Source: Cycas panzhihuaensis
Taxonomy: Eukaryota > Plantae > Cycadophyta
Assembly: GCA_023213395.1 (NCBI GenBank)
Contig: CM041465.1
Coordinates: forward strand, 208,575,741 to 208,639,740
Reading direction: 5' to 3'
Length of the DNA stretch: 64,000 nt
Notes under the pieces: model-generated
Database searches by the model: none
Told to the model about the DNA's origin: nothing
The model's input: only the letters and a program-made list of their open reading frames with translations
Made by a program: the position numbers and the translations under genes
Shown: in pieces, positions 37,401 to 51,046 of the stretch
Layout of the letters: the number at the start of each line of letters is the position of its first letter
Position numbering within the stretch: position 1 is the stretch's first letter

Positions 37401-40200
37401 CTAACTAATATAAGGTTTCAACCGGCTACCATTCACTCGGGTTGGTAGCAATGGTCAGTCAATTTCCCGAAGTTCTACCGAACCATTCTCAAAGATTCTT
37501 TCGGTGATATAGGGTCCTAGCCACGTCATTTTGATTTTCCTAGGGTGTGTTTTGAATTTGCTATCATAAAGAAGAACTTGGTCACCTTCTTTGAACTGTG
37601 GCATGCGTAGATGACGATCGTACCACGTTTTTTTGTCTTCTTTTCTCTATACTTTACAACCACTTTGCCATATACCTTTTCTCCTCTAGTCTTACTAATT
37701 CTTCCAACCTTCGTCGTAAGGAATGGAAGTTGTCCAATCGACACTGCATAGTGGTTCTTAGGCTCAGAATCTCGAATTCAGTCAGAGGGATGGTCTCGAT
37801 TCTGTAAACCAATTGGAATGGTGTTTGCCCTATTGATCTTTTATATGTCGTTTTGAAGGCCCACAATACTGATGGTAACTTCTCGACGCAATCTGATCTT
37901 CCTATCTTACAGATTTTCCGCAGGCAATTCTCAATAATCTTATTTGAACTTTCCACTTGTCCATTGGCCCTTGGGTGTCTGATGGATTTCCAATGGCTAA
38001 TCATAAAGGTTGATGTTAATATCTCTATAGTCTGGTTGAGAAAATGGACCCCTTGATCGCTTACGATTTCTAATGAGCATCCAAATCGTGTAATGATCAC
38101 CTCATATAGAAATCGTGTCGTGCTTTTTGAATTCGCTTTTCTTAGTGTTCGAGCCTCCACCCATTTAGTCATGTAGTCGATTGCCACCAAAATGAATCGG
38201 GTTTGGGATCGTTAGGTGGATGGTTTGATCAGTCCGACGAAATCGAGTCTCCATTTCTCGAACGGTGCCAAAGGTAGGATTGGGTGGAGGGGTTGAAAAT
38301 CCTGTCGATCAGGTTTCCCAACCCTTTGACAATAATCGCATGCCTGAATCCAGTTCCTTATATCTTCAAACATAGATGGCTACCAAAATCCAGACATTAG
38401 AAACTTTCTCCAAGTCACCATTTTTCCCATATGTCCTCCCCCTACACCTTCATGTGCTTGGTCCATAATTTGATTAATCTCATGTGGCCTTACACATCTA
38501 CGTAGTACTTCATCTGGTCCAAGTTTGTATAACTTGCCTTTAATTAATTGGTATGGTTCCGTCTTTCGCACAAAATTGCATCATTCCGTTCGATCTAATC
38601 CTGGCGACATTTCCCCTGTCGCTAAGTATTCTGGTATTCTGTCATACCAATCCATCGATATTGCCTCCACGCTCAACAATGCTGCGTGGAGGAAGTCATC
38701 CGGTATCACTGTGGCTTTTTCTCCATTTGCAATTCTTGATAGTTGATTAGGTATTATATGGGCTTTTCCAAGTTTCACAATGATTTTAAATGAGAATTCC
38801 TAGAATAACATCAACCATCTGCTAATCTGCCCCCTCATTATAGGTTTGTTCACTAAGTACATCAGTGCTTGGTGGTCCACAAAGAATAGGAATGGGTTTG
38901 AAAATAGATAATGTCGAAATTTCTGTAATGCATACACCATTCTGAGTGCTTCTCTCTCTATTGTAGTGTAATTTTGTTCTACTCTAGTCAATTTTCGACT
39001 TGCAAAATATATAGGATGGTTTATTTTATCGTCGTTTGGTTGCAGTAGTACACATCCGATTGATTGTGAGGCGTCGACGTGTACATGGAATATTTTCTTC
39101 CAATCTGGGAATCTTAGTATAGGTGCCGATATTATGGCCTTTTTTAATACCTCAAATGCCTATTGTTATTCCCTACTCCACTCCCATTCAACATCTTTTT
39201 CCAGTAATTCTTCTAGGGGTCCTGATATGTATGCATACCCCCTAATGAATTTTCTATAATAACTGGTTAATCCAAAAATCCTTTCAATTGTTTCCTTGTG
39301 AACGGTACTAGGAAATGTAGGATTGTGGATACCTTAGTTGGGTCTATTAACAATCCTTCTTTGCTTATGATATGTCCCAACAAATTCCCAAAGGGTACCA
39401 TGAAGCTACATTTCTTCAGATTTAAACATAACTTGTTTTCACAACATGTTTGCAACATTTCTCTAAGGTTATCCGTGTGGTTTGTCATGAATCCATACAA
39501 TATCCAATCGTCTAAGAAAACTGCCACTTTTTCGCCAATCATCTTATGAAATATGTTAATCACTATTCTTTGAAACATAGCTAGAGCATTTGTAAGATCG
39601 AAAGGCATCACTTTGTATGTGTATGTTCTCCATTCCGTTACAAACATTGTTTTTGCTTGATCCTCTAGAGCGACTTGGACTTGGTTGTATCCACTAAACC
39701 CATCCATGAAAGAATACATTTCATTTCCGCCTATAGCCTCCAAAATATCCCCCATAAAAGGCAATGGGAAAGGATCTTTCTTAGTTACTTTGTTACGTTG
39801 TCTGTAGTCCACACAAACATGTATTTTTCGGTTTTTCTTCAGAACCAGTACTATAGGGCTCACCCAGTTGTTGTAGTCAATTTCATAGATGTATCCAGCT
39901 TCTAACATCTTATCTACTCCACTTTTACTTTTTCTTTGTATTTAGGATTCATCCGATAATGTCTCTGCTTCACCAGTTTGGCTCCTTCGATTAGGTCAAT
40001 ATGGTGCATTCCGATCTCTGGGGTAATGCCCCTAAGGTCTTTGCGTGACCAGGCGAACACATCATGAAACTCTTTAAATAACTGTTGAGCTTAAGCTATC
40101 GTATGGTCATCCCAGTAATCTCCAATCCGAATGGTTTTAGGTTCTTCCTTACTCCCAACATTGATTTTGGTTGTTTTTAATTTTGACATTTGAATATCCT
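37401..40200 (-). pseudogene. pol: Element C RT, RNase H and integrase
   Basis: WVSPIVLV..CVDYR..KDPFPLPF..FMDGFSGYNQ..VMPF..FLDDW; FHVHVDAS..YTTIEREAL..VDHQAL; AHEGVGGGH; VAIDYMTKWVEA..IVSDQG..HPRANGQVE; WLGPY..VNGSRLKPY. Confidence 0.95.
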
Positions 40201-40399
40201 TTTTATTTCCCATGTAATGGGAAGGGGTATCTTCAATTTTTCTTTCACCATAATTGAGTTCGGTGAATTCCGTGGGATAATTGGGGTTTTCTTCCTTTTC
40301 TTCATCCTCTGATTTTTCTTTTTCCTTCTTTCGTACTGATGATATGGCCTTTTGTTCTAGGTCTATACTTAATTTCCAAATAATCTTAAGTACCTTATC

Positions 40400-40880
40400 A
40401 AAGTTTTTATCTTTTGATGAATGTGAAAAGGTTTATATAAAGGATTTCTTAAGGTTTTTCCATGTTGCCTCTAAGTTTCATTCTTTCCCCAGGAACCAAT
40501 CTCTTGCTACCTGACCTAAGGTGTGATAAAAAAGATTGCTCGATGTTTTCTTTGGCAAACTCAAAGATGTCCATTCCCGTTTACACCTTTGAATATGTTT
40601 ATTGGGGCACTCTCCTACATAAAATAATGGGATATTCAATTTTTTCGGGTGGTCAAACCATGTTTTGGATGCGGATTGTAGTTCCTCCCAACCTTGGAAG
40701 GTAGTTTGGTGGGCTAGGTACCAATACCATGTTGTCCCTCGCAAGGTTAGTACCAAATTTGATTCCCATTGAAGTTTATCCCAATTACCCTCATCTATCG
40801 AGTGCTATATACAATGTATAAGGTGTGTAGTTCCATATAGTTGGTCCCCATAAAAGGGTTTGACATAATCTCCAATGTAT
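40400..40880 (-). pseudogene. Element C: two tandem capsid-like (Retrotrans_gag-type) domains inside Pol
   Basis: KPFYGDQLYGTTHL...LVLTLRGTTWYWY...WEELQSASKTWF followed by IPLFYVGECPNKHI...FYHTLGQVARDWF...TWKNLKKSFI*TF. Confidence 0.7.
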
Positions 40881-41559
40881 GTTTAAAGGTTTCTTTCCTC
40901 GAGAATGATGATCCTACTACCTAGACCTAAGTCTCTAGGGGTATGTCCCGTTGGTTCCTTTTCTATTTCCTCAGATTTGGCGCCAATACTTGAAAAGGAC
41001 CAGTCGTTTGGTGGGTGTACCTCTAAAGAAGATGAGGAAGGATTGCTACTTCCTTCCCCAAGTTGTAATAATCTACCTCAGGACCCACACCTAAGGTAGA
41101 GGAGGGGTTAGGGTTAGTATTAGATACTATAGAATTATGAAATAAACTAGGTATATTAGGAATAGGGGGGTTTAGGTCTAGGGTTGGGTTTAAGTTGTTA
41201 TTATTTTCTATACTATTTTCTACACTATTGTTAGTCCCCATAAAATCAAAGGATTTTAAATTATTGCCAATATCATCAATTACATATTTAGAAAGCAAAT
41301 TACACCTATAGGAAGAATTAACTTCATATGCATCTTGTAATCAATAATCCACAATTTTTTTTCTATTCTCGTCGTCGGAAGAATTGCAGATCTCCCCAAA
41401 ATAAGTAGGTTCCCTCTCTTGAGAGTTGATCAACTTGGTTGGCTTGTCAGTTGTATGATATAAGTTTCCTTCCTCAAAATAGGACGTTGTTTCCTCGCTT
41501 GTAATAGTTATGCTTAATACGTCATTTGGTATTATCTCAATAGAATTCTTTCCCAACAT

Positions 41560-44188
41560 CGGAAGGACCACTTCACTTCCACCACCCGATAATGTTAAGG
41601 TCAGATCTCTCTAATTCTGGAGACATTGAGTTTTATACAGCCATGGGCAACCCAACAAGGCTGGATAAGGTGTTGTGCCTTTTTCTATCTCCACGATTGT
41701 AAAATCAATTCGTACTGTGATACCTGACACATCCACTTTGATGTTGGCTAACTTCCTGACTAGTCTCACCAATAATTCATTTGCTAATTTCAATGTATAG
41801 GTTGCTGCTTCCAACTTAGGACTTCCCAGCTTCTGCCATGTTGAAGTTGGTAAAATGTTCACAATGGCTCCTCCATCCATAATTACCCTTGAAAATTTCT
41901 CTCCTAGCACTGTGATTGTAACCATCAAATCTAAGTCAAAGGATGGCATCAACTTTTTAAGCTCTTAGTGACTTCTCGTTACTATAATATCCCTGCTTTA
42001 ATCCAGTCTATCACTTGGTATAAGGGGATTGTTAACTGTAACTGTTTCACTAGATTTTCCATTAGCAACAACATTCGTGGGATGCCTTCCATTGGTAATC
42101 CTTTAATAACTCTTCCATTTGCACCAACTGAGGTTCATATACGCTCCTCGTGTATTTTCTCTTTTTGTTTGTTTTTTCCTCACATATACCTGTTTTGTTT
42201 CTAGTTTTCTCATTGATAGCATTGTCTCGGTTTCTTGTTGGGCTAATTCTTCCAATACTTGTTTTGCCTGTTTGAATCAGTCTATTTTCATTTTCGGGTT
42301 TGGGTATTCTTCATTCATTCTCCCTTTCTTCTTATTCTAAAGTTTTACATTCTTACTGTTTTCTAGAATAATAGTCATTAAATTGGTTGCTTTTGCCTTC
42401 CCTTTACAATCCTTCGTTCTATGCTCACTTGGCCCACAATTGTTGCATACAAACGATTTATGTTCATATTTTTGTTTGGTTGGGCAGTCTGATTTCCAAT
42501 GCCTGAATTGTAGACAAATCAAATATCTCCCCATTGGTTGTGTTTTCTTTAAGGATTCTTGTGTACTTCTTATTGTATATGCATTCTGAGGTGGGTTGCT
42601 CCCTCTTCCCCGACATCATCCTCTATACGTTCTTCCCCTAGAGTTATAGACACAATCCCTTGTATTGTAATTATCCATGTCACATACATGACACCATCTA
42701 TCCTTTTGGTGTATTGCACTATTTTTTTGATTGATTTCACATTCTTTAGTTGTATAGGAACTTTCCTCGTAAATATGACACCATTTCTCGATTTCAAATT
42801 CTCGGTCCTTCTTTTTCTTTACTTTGTTCTCCTCCTTGTTATTTCTGATCCTGAGTCTTGCTACCTCTTTCCTTAGAGCTTCAATTTCTGACTCTTCTTC
42901 TGAGATTTCCACTTGGCAAAAGGGTCGATTATGTTGGTTTTGTTTTATTTCCCTTGTCTCTTCTTGTAACCTTAGTAATAGGGGATCATGCCCTCCAGCT
43001 TGGGCATCCATCTCTGCTTCAAAGTCCAACGCCAATTCTTGAGCATTTTAAAATGATTTGAGGGGATGTGCATGCATCATAGATCTCAATTTCTTATTTA
43101 ACCCTCTGACAAAGTAGTTCTTCATGTTACGGTCTGTGACCGTCTTGTTGATCATGTTGGCAGTAATTATTTTCATGTGACTGATATAGGTTAGCATCGA
43201 TTTGCCAGGCCTCTACTTTATTTCTCTAAGGAGAATCTCCACAGCTTCATTACTTCGAAATTTCTAAAATCTTTCCTCAAATGATTTCTTTATATTCTCC
43301 CATGTTTCCCTTTTATCCAACTCTCTGCACCATGCCAAAGGTACTCCTCTTAATGTGCAAGCAAATCTTGCCTTTATTTCATCTTTATCTGTGATTTTCT
43401 TCACATTAATCAAGTTTTGGAACAAGTACACGTGTTCTGCTGCATCTGAGGTGTCGTTGAAGATAAGTTTCCTGAAATCCCTTGAATCGTCCATCTTTGG
43501 TGATTGCATTGGTGTCCTTCCCAGTGGTGATCCTTCTCTTTTTGTCTCTTCAAAGGATTCTACTTCTTTTCTCCACCCTTCACTTTAGGTGGTGTATTTG
43601 GGGTGCTTGGTGCAGCACTATCTCTTCCAAATAGAGGATTTTTGTATGGTGTTTTTAAATGTATTGGCTCTGGTACTCCTGGCACTTGTACTGTCAATGG
43701 TGTAACTATTAAATATGATTGCTCGGACCCCTTGTCTAGTGAATCCTCAAATAGTTGCCTTGTTAATTTATTCTCCTAATATGCTAAGGGACCTTCCTCT
43801 GCCTTCTTCTCATTATCACTTAGGTCCTTTGGGGCATCATCCACACTTGTATATTCCTCCTTCCCTAGGGTGTCGTTTTGTTCCACATCTCCTTTTGTTT
43901 TTCTTCCTTTTCCGGGCTTAAAAGGTCATACTTGATTGGAGCAGGTGTTAGTACCATTTGCTCACCATTATTTTCCTCCCCTTGTTCTTGAGGTGTCTGG
44001 GCTTTGCTTGCCTCAGATTCTTCAACGGACTGTCCCTTAGTCTCATTATTATGTAGACTCAATCTTGTTGCCCTACTTAATTTTGATTCTTTTGACCATC
44101 GTAATGCCCTTTGTCTGCGTGTTTCTTTCCCCTTACGTGAAGTACCCTTTTGTGGCTCGCCTGCCCTCAAAGGCCTCTTAGGTGGCAT
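41560..44188 (-). pseudogene. gag-pro: Element C gag (MPPK start, CA, 4 knuckles) plus protease
   Basis: MPPKRPLR..RQRALRWSKE; FNDTSDAAEHVYLF..RFACTLRGVPLAW..TWENIKKSFEERF; WCHVCDMDNYNTRDC, ICLQFRHWKSDC, CNNCGPSEHRTKDC; IMDGGAIVNILP..LLGCPWL. Confidence 0.9.
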
Positions 44189-44315
44189 TGAAAGGCCCCA
44201 TGGCCATCGAAGGCTTAGTTATAGCCCGCCATCACGACGACAGCCAAGGTCCTCTGTCCTTTGAACATTTTCCCCTTATGAAACTCCTGGCCCTAGTCCC
44301 TCCTTAGTGGACGTA

Positions 44316-44328
44316 GGCAACGGAACCA
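44316..44328 (-). promoter_or_regulatory. PBS complementary to the 3' end of plant tRNA-Glu(CUC)
   Basis: TGGTTCCGTTGCC one base from the 5' LTR; complement of ...GGCAACGGAA-CCA. Confidence 0.8.
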
Positions 44329-44329
44329 A

Positions 44330-45193
44330 TGTTGACTTTTACACGATCTCCCTATTGAGATAGGTACACTTGTCAAGGGATCACTTAGTAATCTAGTTTA
44401 GGATACAGTCAACATGCTTCATACACACAAGGTTATCATATATTCACTCATAATTCCACACAATATCATCACAGATTATACACAACAATACAATAATCAA
44501 CAAGTATTCATCATACAAGCATCATAGTACACCTAAAACACAGATTTCCATGTAACTCTTCTCTTTATTAAGCAATAGGTCTTATACAATCAGTTTTGGA
44601 ATGTATCCTCTATACATTCTAGCCATATACATAGGATTCTGCCGTATCCATTTTAAAAGGGAATGCATCACGGAATGCATCTGTTGTAACTCCGATCCAT
44701 ACCATTAATTTGGCTTGTTGGCTACCATACCACCATGTGGAATGAATGCTTGGCTCTCACTGTTGGAATGGTCCTAAATGGTCTCCTTAAATGTGCCCTT
44801 TTGGTACCTTTTGATGAAGGGTTATGACTCCCTATCATAACCGTACCTTTTCAATCACAATGTGACCTTTCACTTAACACATGATTAGTTTCTTCTTTAA
44901 TGGTGCCTTTTCGTCCGTACGTACGTCCTTCTAGGCTGATGTCATCATCCTTGGGTGCCTTTAGGTCAGGTTTGGTCGTGCGTACCCTACTATCTGCTAG
45001 CGTACCAAAAACGGTATGCACTCTGTGTTGCATACTTGTTATGGTACACACCTGTTATACGTACCCATAATGCTTGTTTTCTACCTTTTTTCACCGTGCA
45101 TACCTCCATACGGTCTGTACCTACATTCCACTGGTCAATACAGCCCTACATTTCGTTTTCCTCATAGCCTATGTGCCAAAATATACCCCAACA
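44330..45193 (-). repeat. Element C 5' LTR (864 bp)
   Basis: TGTTG...CAACA termini, flanked by the PBS and TSD. Confidence 0.95.
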
Positions 45194-46383
45194 GTGACAT
45201 GTTTGATACAGATGTAACAATGGCTAAGTAGAAATTTGTTTCCTTAGATGTTTAATTTATGCTATGATTTAGAATGATGCATGTTATGATGTTGATTTTA
45301 ATTTTACTTGTCATCATGCAAATACTGTGGATTGTTTTTGAATGGAAGTAGTTGACAAATATGTTGTGATATAGTTGCAAATCGCATATATTTTACTGTG
45401 GCTTGATTTGAATGCGAGAATGCAAGTAATTGGTATGAATGTTTTTTTGTACTTGCAATTATATGTATTTCCATGGAATTGGAATGGGGATGTGTTGTAA
45501 CACAATAACACATCAGCACAAAAATAAATACAAAACCTAAACTTGCAAGCATAAAACCATGAAATGGATCCAACTACTCCAAGTTGCATATGAAGATTAA
45601 GGGTAGTGGGTGCTTGGAAGAAGTAGCCCTCAAGTATGTGTCACTAAGTGGCCTAGTGAGCATTTGTCCCCATGAGATGGGTTAATCCTCTTGGAAATGA
45701 ATGAGTATGTTGACCTTGATATAATTAGAGACCAATGTGACCAATAACTAAATGGCTTAACTCTCATGATAAGTGGTTTGGTGAAGATGGGTAGTTCACA
45801 TTGGTGAACCCACAGTCAATTGAATAGGTTTGAGGAGTGTAAGACACCCTTGAAGCATGGGTCTTTACACAAGATAACTAGTTATCCACCTAGAAGGTGT
45901 TATAAATAGTAATATTATCCATAAGTTACCTTGGACAAAATCACATAACAAAAGTGCCTTCCATGTGTCAGAACATGTTGGAACCTCCATTTAGCGCTTG
46001 AAGTCCTTTCAATGTTGGAAGAAAGAACTACTGGATGAATAAGGTATGCTTCTATTTGTTAGAAGAAAAATCCATGTGTGGAAAAATGGCATTGTATGAT
46101 TCCAGGGCATTTAAGGAGAACAATGACTATGCATTGAGATTGTATCTGTGCCCAAAAATGAGACCCAGACACTATTCTTATACTTGGTGTGTGGGAGCGC
46201 CACCATGGGAGGGGCATCACAAAGGGAGGGCATGCATAAATAGAATTTTAGTGTTGGGTTAGGGGTAATGTACATGGGAATGCCTCATGGTAAGTTGTAT
46301 CACATGGTGACTTTTCATTTCGAATGAATTCATAAGTCATTTTTTCTCCCTTTGAATTTAAAACAGTAATCCTTTGATTTAAT

Positions 46384-49300
46384 TGTTGCATTCTTAATTT
46401 ATGAGAAGTTAGTTTTTAAGAGAATAAAGAAGATTTACTAATGTGAAGTCAATATTTTTAGAAGAGAGAATAAATTGGTTTTAAAGAGAGAAATATAAGG
46501 CTATAAATAGGAAGCATTATTCATTTATAAATTAATCTTGGAGAATTGATATTTTGATATGGACTAATGACCAGAACCTATTAAAACACTTGCCATTTGG
46601 AAAGAAAATCTCACTTTGTAGAAGGCCATTTTACTGTTGATATTTCATTGGATTATTATATTATTTTCTATTACAAATCTGATAATATTCTATGATCTGT
46701 TATTATTCCTAAATTATTGTGAAAATATGCTGTAATGTCTGATAAGATATTAATATCTGAATATTTTATTCTATAAATGTTATTATTTTGTCATAAAAGC
46801 ATTTAGATTAGCGAACGTCCATATGGCTCACATCATCAACCGTTTAACTCGATCATTATCTTGTGGATCTTATCGTCATTGGGTTTGGAGGATGTTGCTA
46901 GACTGTCACTTGTCATGAGAAGACCTATAGAACCCTGCAAGGTAGTTCTCCATTTCATGTTTTGTGGTTACAGGTTCCTAGATCCCAGATTACAAAGCCG
47001 CAGAGCAACAATCAACAGGCAATTGTTCGTGAGATACTGCGAAGTCACACCAGGCATCTGTCATGAGATATCGTAGAGTCAGTCGTTCGCCAAGTGGTAA
47101 CAGATGATACCTAAGAGCTAACACGTGGATTATTGCAGATTCATTGTGACGGTGCTTTGTGGATCACCGAGCAAGGGTCGAGTGAAGTATGGAGATGAAC
47201 AAATGGCGAGAAAGAGTAGCGCAGAATCGAACGAAGTGCAGGGACGGATGAACGGCAAGAAAGTGAAGCACATAATCGAACGAAGAATATCGTGGAAGTG
47301 CAATAATAAATCGACTAAAGACGAAGGGAGAATGTTGCTTGCCTAGTAGTGTGCATCATCGATGCATGATCAATTGTGGAGTGAGTCGTTGGAAGTAAGA
47401 GCACCCATATGGGGAAGCCCTTACCATTCGCGGATAAAACAACCGTCGATACCCACGCAAAAATATTCAAACGAACGACTTAAAATTTTTACATATGCAC
47501 AATATCTTATAATTTAGAAAAATTTAGACGGATGACATAAAAATTTCTAGAGATAGGGTTATATTATTTTAATATGGTTTCAAAAATCTAGTTAGATTGC
47601 AATCTTTTGAGTTTTGGTGGTTAGCCCCTTATGCTAGTGAATGGTCATATGGTGACCTTAACTAGCAAGGGCCAAAGTGCCAAAAGGGTTTAAATCTTTT
47701 CTTTTTTTTTTAAGTTTTGTTTTTCAAAGAGGGTATTTAGATATTTTTGTCCATAATTCTTGTTACAATTGTTGGATTCTAGTTTCATCTGAACTGTTAG
47801 AATCTTGGTTTAGAGACATTTGATTTGATTAACTACAAGGTATTGATCAAACTGGGTTTGATGTAGATTTTAACTGCAAAGTTGTGATTCTATTGAGAAG
47901 AAAAGAAACAAAATGTTTTTAGAAGTTTTTGTTCCTAATGAAACACAAATCTAAAAAATAGCTAGAGATGATCGGAACTTGTGTTTTCAATTTGAATGGA
48001 GACATAGACGTGCATGAATGGCTATAAACGATTGTAATACTAAGTGGCTATATGGGGAGTACAAATATTGAAGAGTATGGACCAAATATGGTATGTCTTT
48101 TGGAAGGAAAAGCTCTTAATTGGTTTAGCAAGCCAAGAATACTCAACAATTGGTTTTTGGTTTTAGCAACTCATCAATAGGAGCAAGACAAAAGAATATG
48201 AAATAATCTAGCTTAAAAGGGTGTAGAAGACAGGCATCGAGAAGAAACATATCACAAGCAAGACCAAGCTCAAGAAGAGGAAGCACATCAACATCAACCA
48301 ACGCACGAGTAATGTGAAGATGCCAAATAATTAGAGTAGGTAGATAAATTGACAGAAGAAGAGGAAGAATAGACCCTTCATAAAAAAATTCCAAAAGTGG
48401 TGCAAGGATATGAAGAAGAATCAACTCAAGTACAAGAACCCAACATGACTGAAGGCACCAAATAGATGGGAGTGAAGATTAAGCACCTTGAAGAAGAATC
48501 CAAGCAAGATTTAGCCATCTAGTGCTATGAAGAAGAACAAGATTTACCACAGCAAGGAGAACCCATCCCATGTTATGAAGAAGAACCTGAACAACCCAAG
48601 GAAGTGTCCATGCAATCAAGCAAATCCAATAAGGTATTTGACATGGTTCTTAATCTTGTGTTGCACGTGTCCATTTGCTTCGACAGTTTTGTTGTTCCCC
48701 TTGAATTCACTTATAACATTGCTTTAGAAATTCTTCCATCTTATGACCAAGATTACCCCATACCTAAAATTCCTAATTCCCAATTCCTTGTAGGGGAAAT
48801 CTCGATTCCTCTTCATCAAATTCCTAGGACAACACTTCTTCAGCTTTCTGACAGACCCTTGCTACCCTCACCCTCCTTTCCTAAGTTACCTTACAACCAA
48901 TACTTTCCTTTTCCGTTAATTCCTTCATCTAGTCCTTTCCCAATCGTTGAACCTCTATTGAAACCCCTCTCATAAAGAGCATCTATCACAAATCTTGCAT
49001 CCATCTTTTTACCCTAAGACCTCTAGTTGTCTAACCAACCCATCGATTATCATAACCCCTTATCGAATCAATCTCCAAACCTCGTATATCTCTCACTATA
49101 TACCTCTTTTGCCTTGGGTTCTTACACATACAAATTTATTCTTCACCACCTCATTGACCCCTAATTCGCCCATTTTTTTCTTGTATTACACAATTCTCGC
49201 TATACGACCCTTATGACCAATTCTTTGTTGATCTCCCAAATTCACATTATTCCTTTTCTATACAATCTCCTCAACTTTATCAACACCTCTAATCCCTCAA

Positions 49301-50048
49301 ATGATATCATTTGAGGGCAAAATGTGCAACCACAAAATAGGATTTTGGCCAAGTGCCATCGTCATCACACAAGTCCTACGATCGCTTCCATACAAGACAG
49401 GATACCACAGGCGGCATGTCCCAAACACAAGCATCTACAGATTTAGGTTGCAAGTTAAGTGTTTGTGATAGAAGGCACAAGATTAGACCAAATTTTTATG
49501 ACATACAAGACTTAGCATACAATGGATTGAAGAACATGCCAAAGGCATGGCCGAAGCAACACCACTAGTGACTACCTATACTTTGAGAGTGAAGTATTTG
49601 AAGGGGATGGGAGTTGTTGCATTCCTAATTTATGAGATATCGGTTTTTAGGAGAATATGGAAGATTTACTAATTTGATGTTGGTATTTTTAGGAGAGAGA
49701 ATAAGAAGTCAGTTTTAGAGAGAGAAAAGTAAGGTTATAAATAGAAAGCATTATTCATTTATAAATTAGTCTTGAAGAATTTATTATTTGACCTAAACTA
49801 ATGGCCTAAAGCCATTAGGGCACTATTGTTCTATTTAGGAGGAAACCCTCGCCTTGAAGAGGGCATTGTAGTATTGTAATCTCATATGATATTATGGTTT
49901 ATTTCATTGTTATAATCTAATATTACATTGTTGCAATTTTGATATTATTTTCTGGAGATCTATTATCTGCCAATATTCTAATTTATTGTGAATATTTGAA
50001 GTTATTGATGGATGAGGTGCTCAATTCTAGATTCTTTATGATATAACA
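46384..50048 (+). mobile_element. E1: non-autonomous LTR element (gag remnant, unknown charged/Pro-rich ORF, no RT/INT core)
   Basis: Diverged LTRs starting TGTTGCATTC at 46384 and 49615; PPT GAAGGGGATGGGAG 49600-49613; gag-like FNLNGDIDVHEWL...LLEGKALNWF at ~47985-48126. TSD and right end not confirmed. Confidence 0.75.
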
Positions 50049-50659
50049 ATTATATGCTCTTTCAATTTTTTGTGGGCATCACCCCATTAGTAATGATAAA
50101 TATGGTTAAGGATAGCTTTTGACAATTTTTATGGGGCTAACCATTACATCTATTTTTTGCTCCATTATTTTTTAACATTTCTACTATTTAAAGAATATTT
50201 TCCACCATTTATAGGCCATCCTTTCCATCCTAGTTAGTGTAATAATTCAGTCATTGGCAAGAGAGAATGAAATTTTACAATGTGTGCATTCCATTTCTTG
50301 GTTTACCCTCAAGGGTTTTATAGTGGAGGTTTTTGATGTTACAATTGCTTTCATGTGATTTCCTAATGCAATGGAGATATCTCAATTTCCTTGGTCAAGA
50401 TGTTTATACAACCACCCCTCTTACCCCTCCAAAAATCTTGACACCACTATAACACATTTGCTTCCTGTACCTACAAGATCGCTAACTCACATCTCATTAC
50501 AATTCAAAGTTAGTGTTACATTATATTTATGCAAGTTCTTAGTGGAAGACTCTAGGATAGAAAGCAATTGTTAGCTACATGACTCATGGCATGAGAACAC
50601 AACTTCTTGAATGGGAACCCCACAAATAGGACTTGCATGCATATTGCCCCTAGCTCAAT

Positions 50660-50990
50660 TGGTTTGGCCCCTTTTTCATATTGTAGTCAACACCATGCAA
50701 TATCCCTATCTCAATAGGGTGACAGTCTACAATGTTGCCATATAAGCAATGTTAAGGACTCCCTTTTTCACACTCAATCCCTTTTTGTACCATCCCTTAG
50801 GTTTGATCCTTTTTTAGACCAACACATAATCCATATGAAGCATGGTCCTTTTCATATTGTTTCCAATAAGGCTTGGTACTTTTTCATACTACCATGATAA
50901 TGAACGGAACATGGTTTTGCCCTTTTATACAAGAAGTGTGATTCTTTTTCATCTCATCCTTTGGGCTTAGTCCTTTTTCATACCAACCCT
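50660..50990. repeat. Degenerate tandem array with recurring GGTCC(T)TTTTCATA motif
   Basis: Motif variants roughly every 35-50 bp. Confidence 0.55.
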
Positions 50991-51046
50991 ATCTAGAATC
51001 ACTACCTATTACAAATAGGAAATCAAATATGGATTCATGGTCTAAT

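Larger units (their letters stand above)
34646..45193 (-). mobile_element. Element C: full-length decayed non-chromovirus Ty3/Gypsy with extra capsid-like domains in Pol and an additional 3' ORF
   Basis: LTRs 34646-35582 and 44330-45193; TSD GTGAC at 34641-34645 and 45194-45198; PBS TGGTTCCGTTGCC; all Gypsy domains in order; no archaeal-type RNase H or chromodomain seen. Confidence 0.95.

Noticed and set aside
44316-44328. tRNA gene
   Set aside because: Only 13-15 nt complementary to a tRNA 3' end next to an LTR; this is a PBS, with no cloverleaf.
46805-47490. Horizontally acquired or organellar gene in the CpG-rich blocks (also 53420-54300)
   Set aside because: No convincing ORF or recognisable organellar/rRNA sequence; both blocks occupy the same leader position in one LTR family.
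50049-50091. TSD for E1
   Set aside because: Left flank TTAAT does not cleanly match ATTAT after 50048 (or TTAGT after 50086), so the boundary is left unconfirmed.
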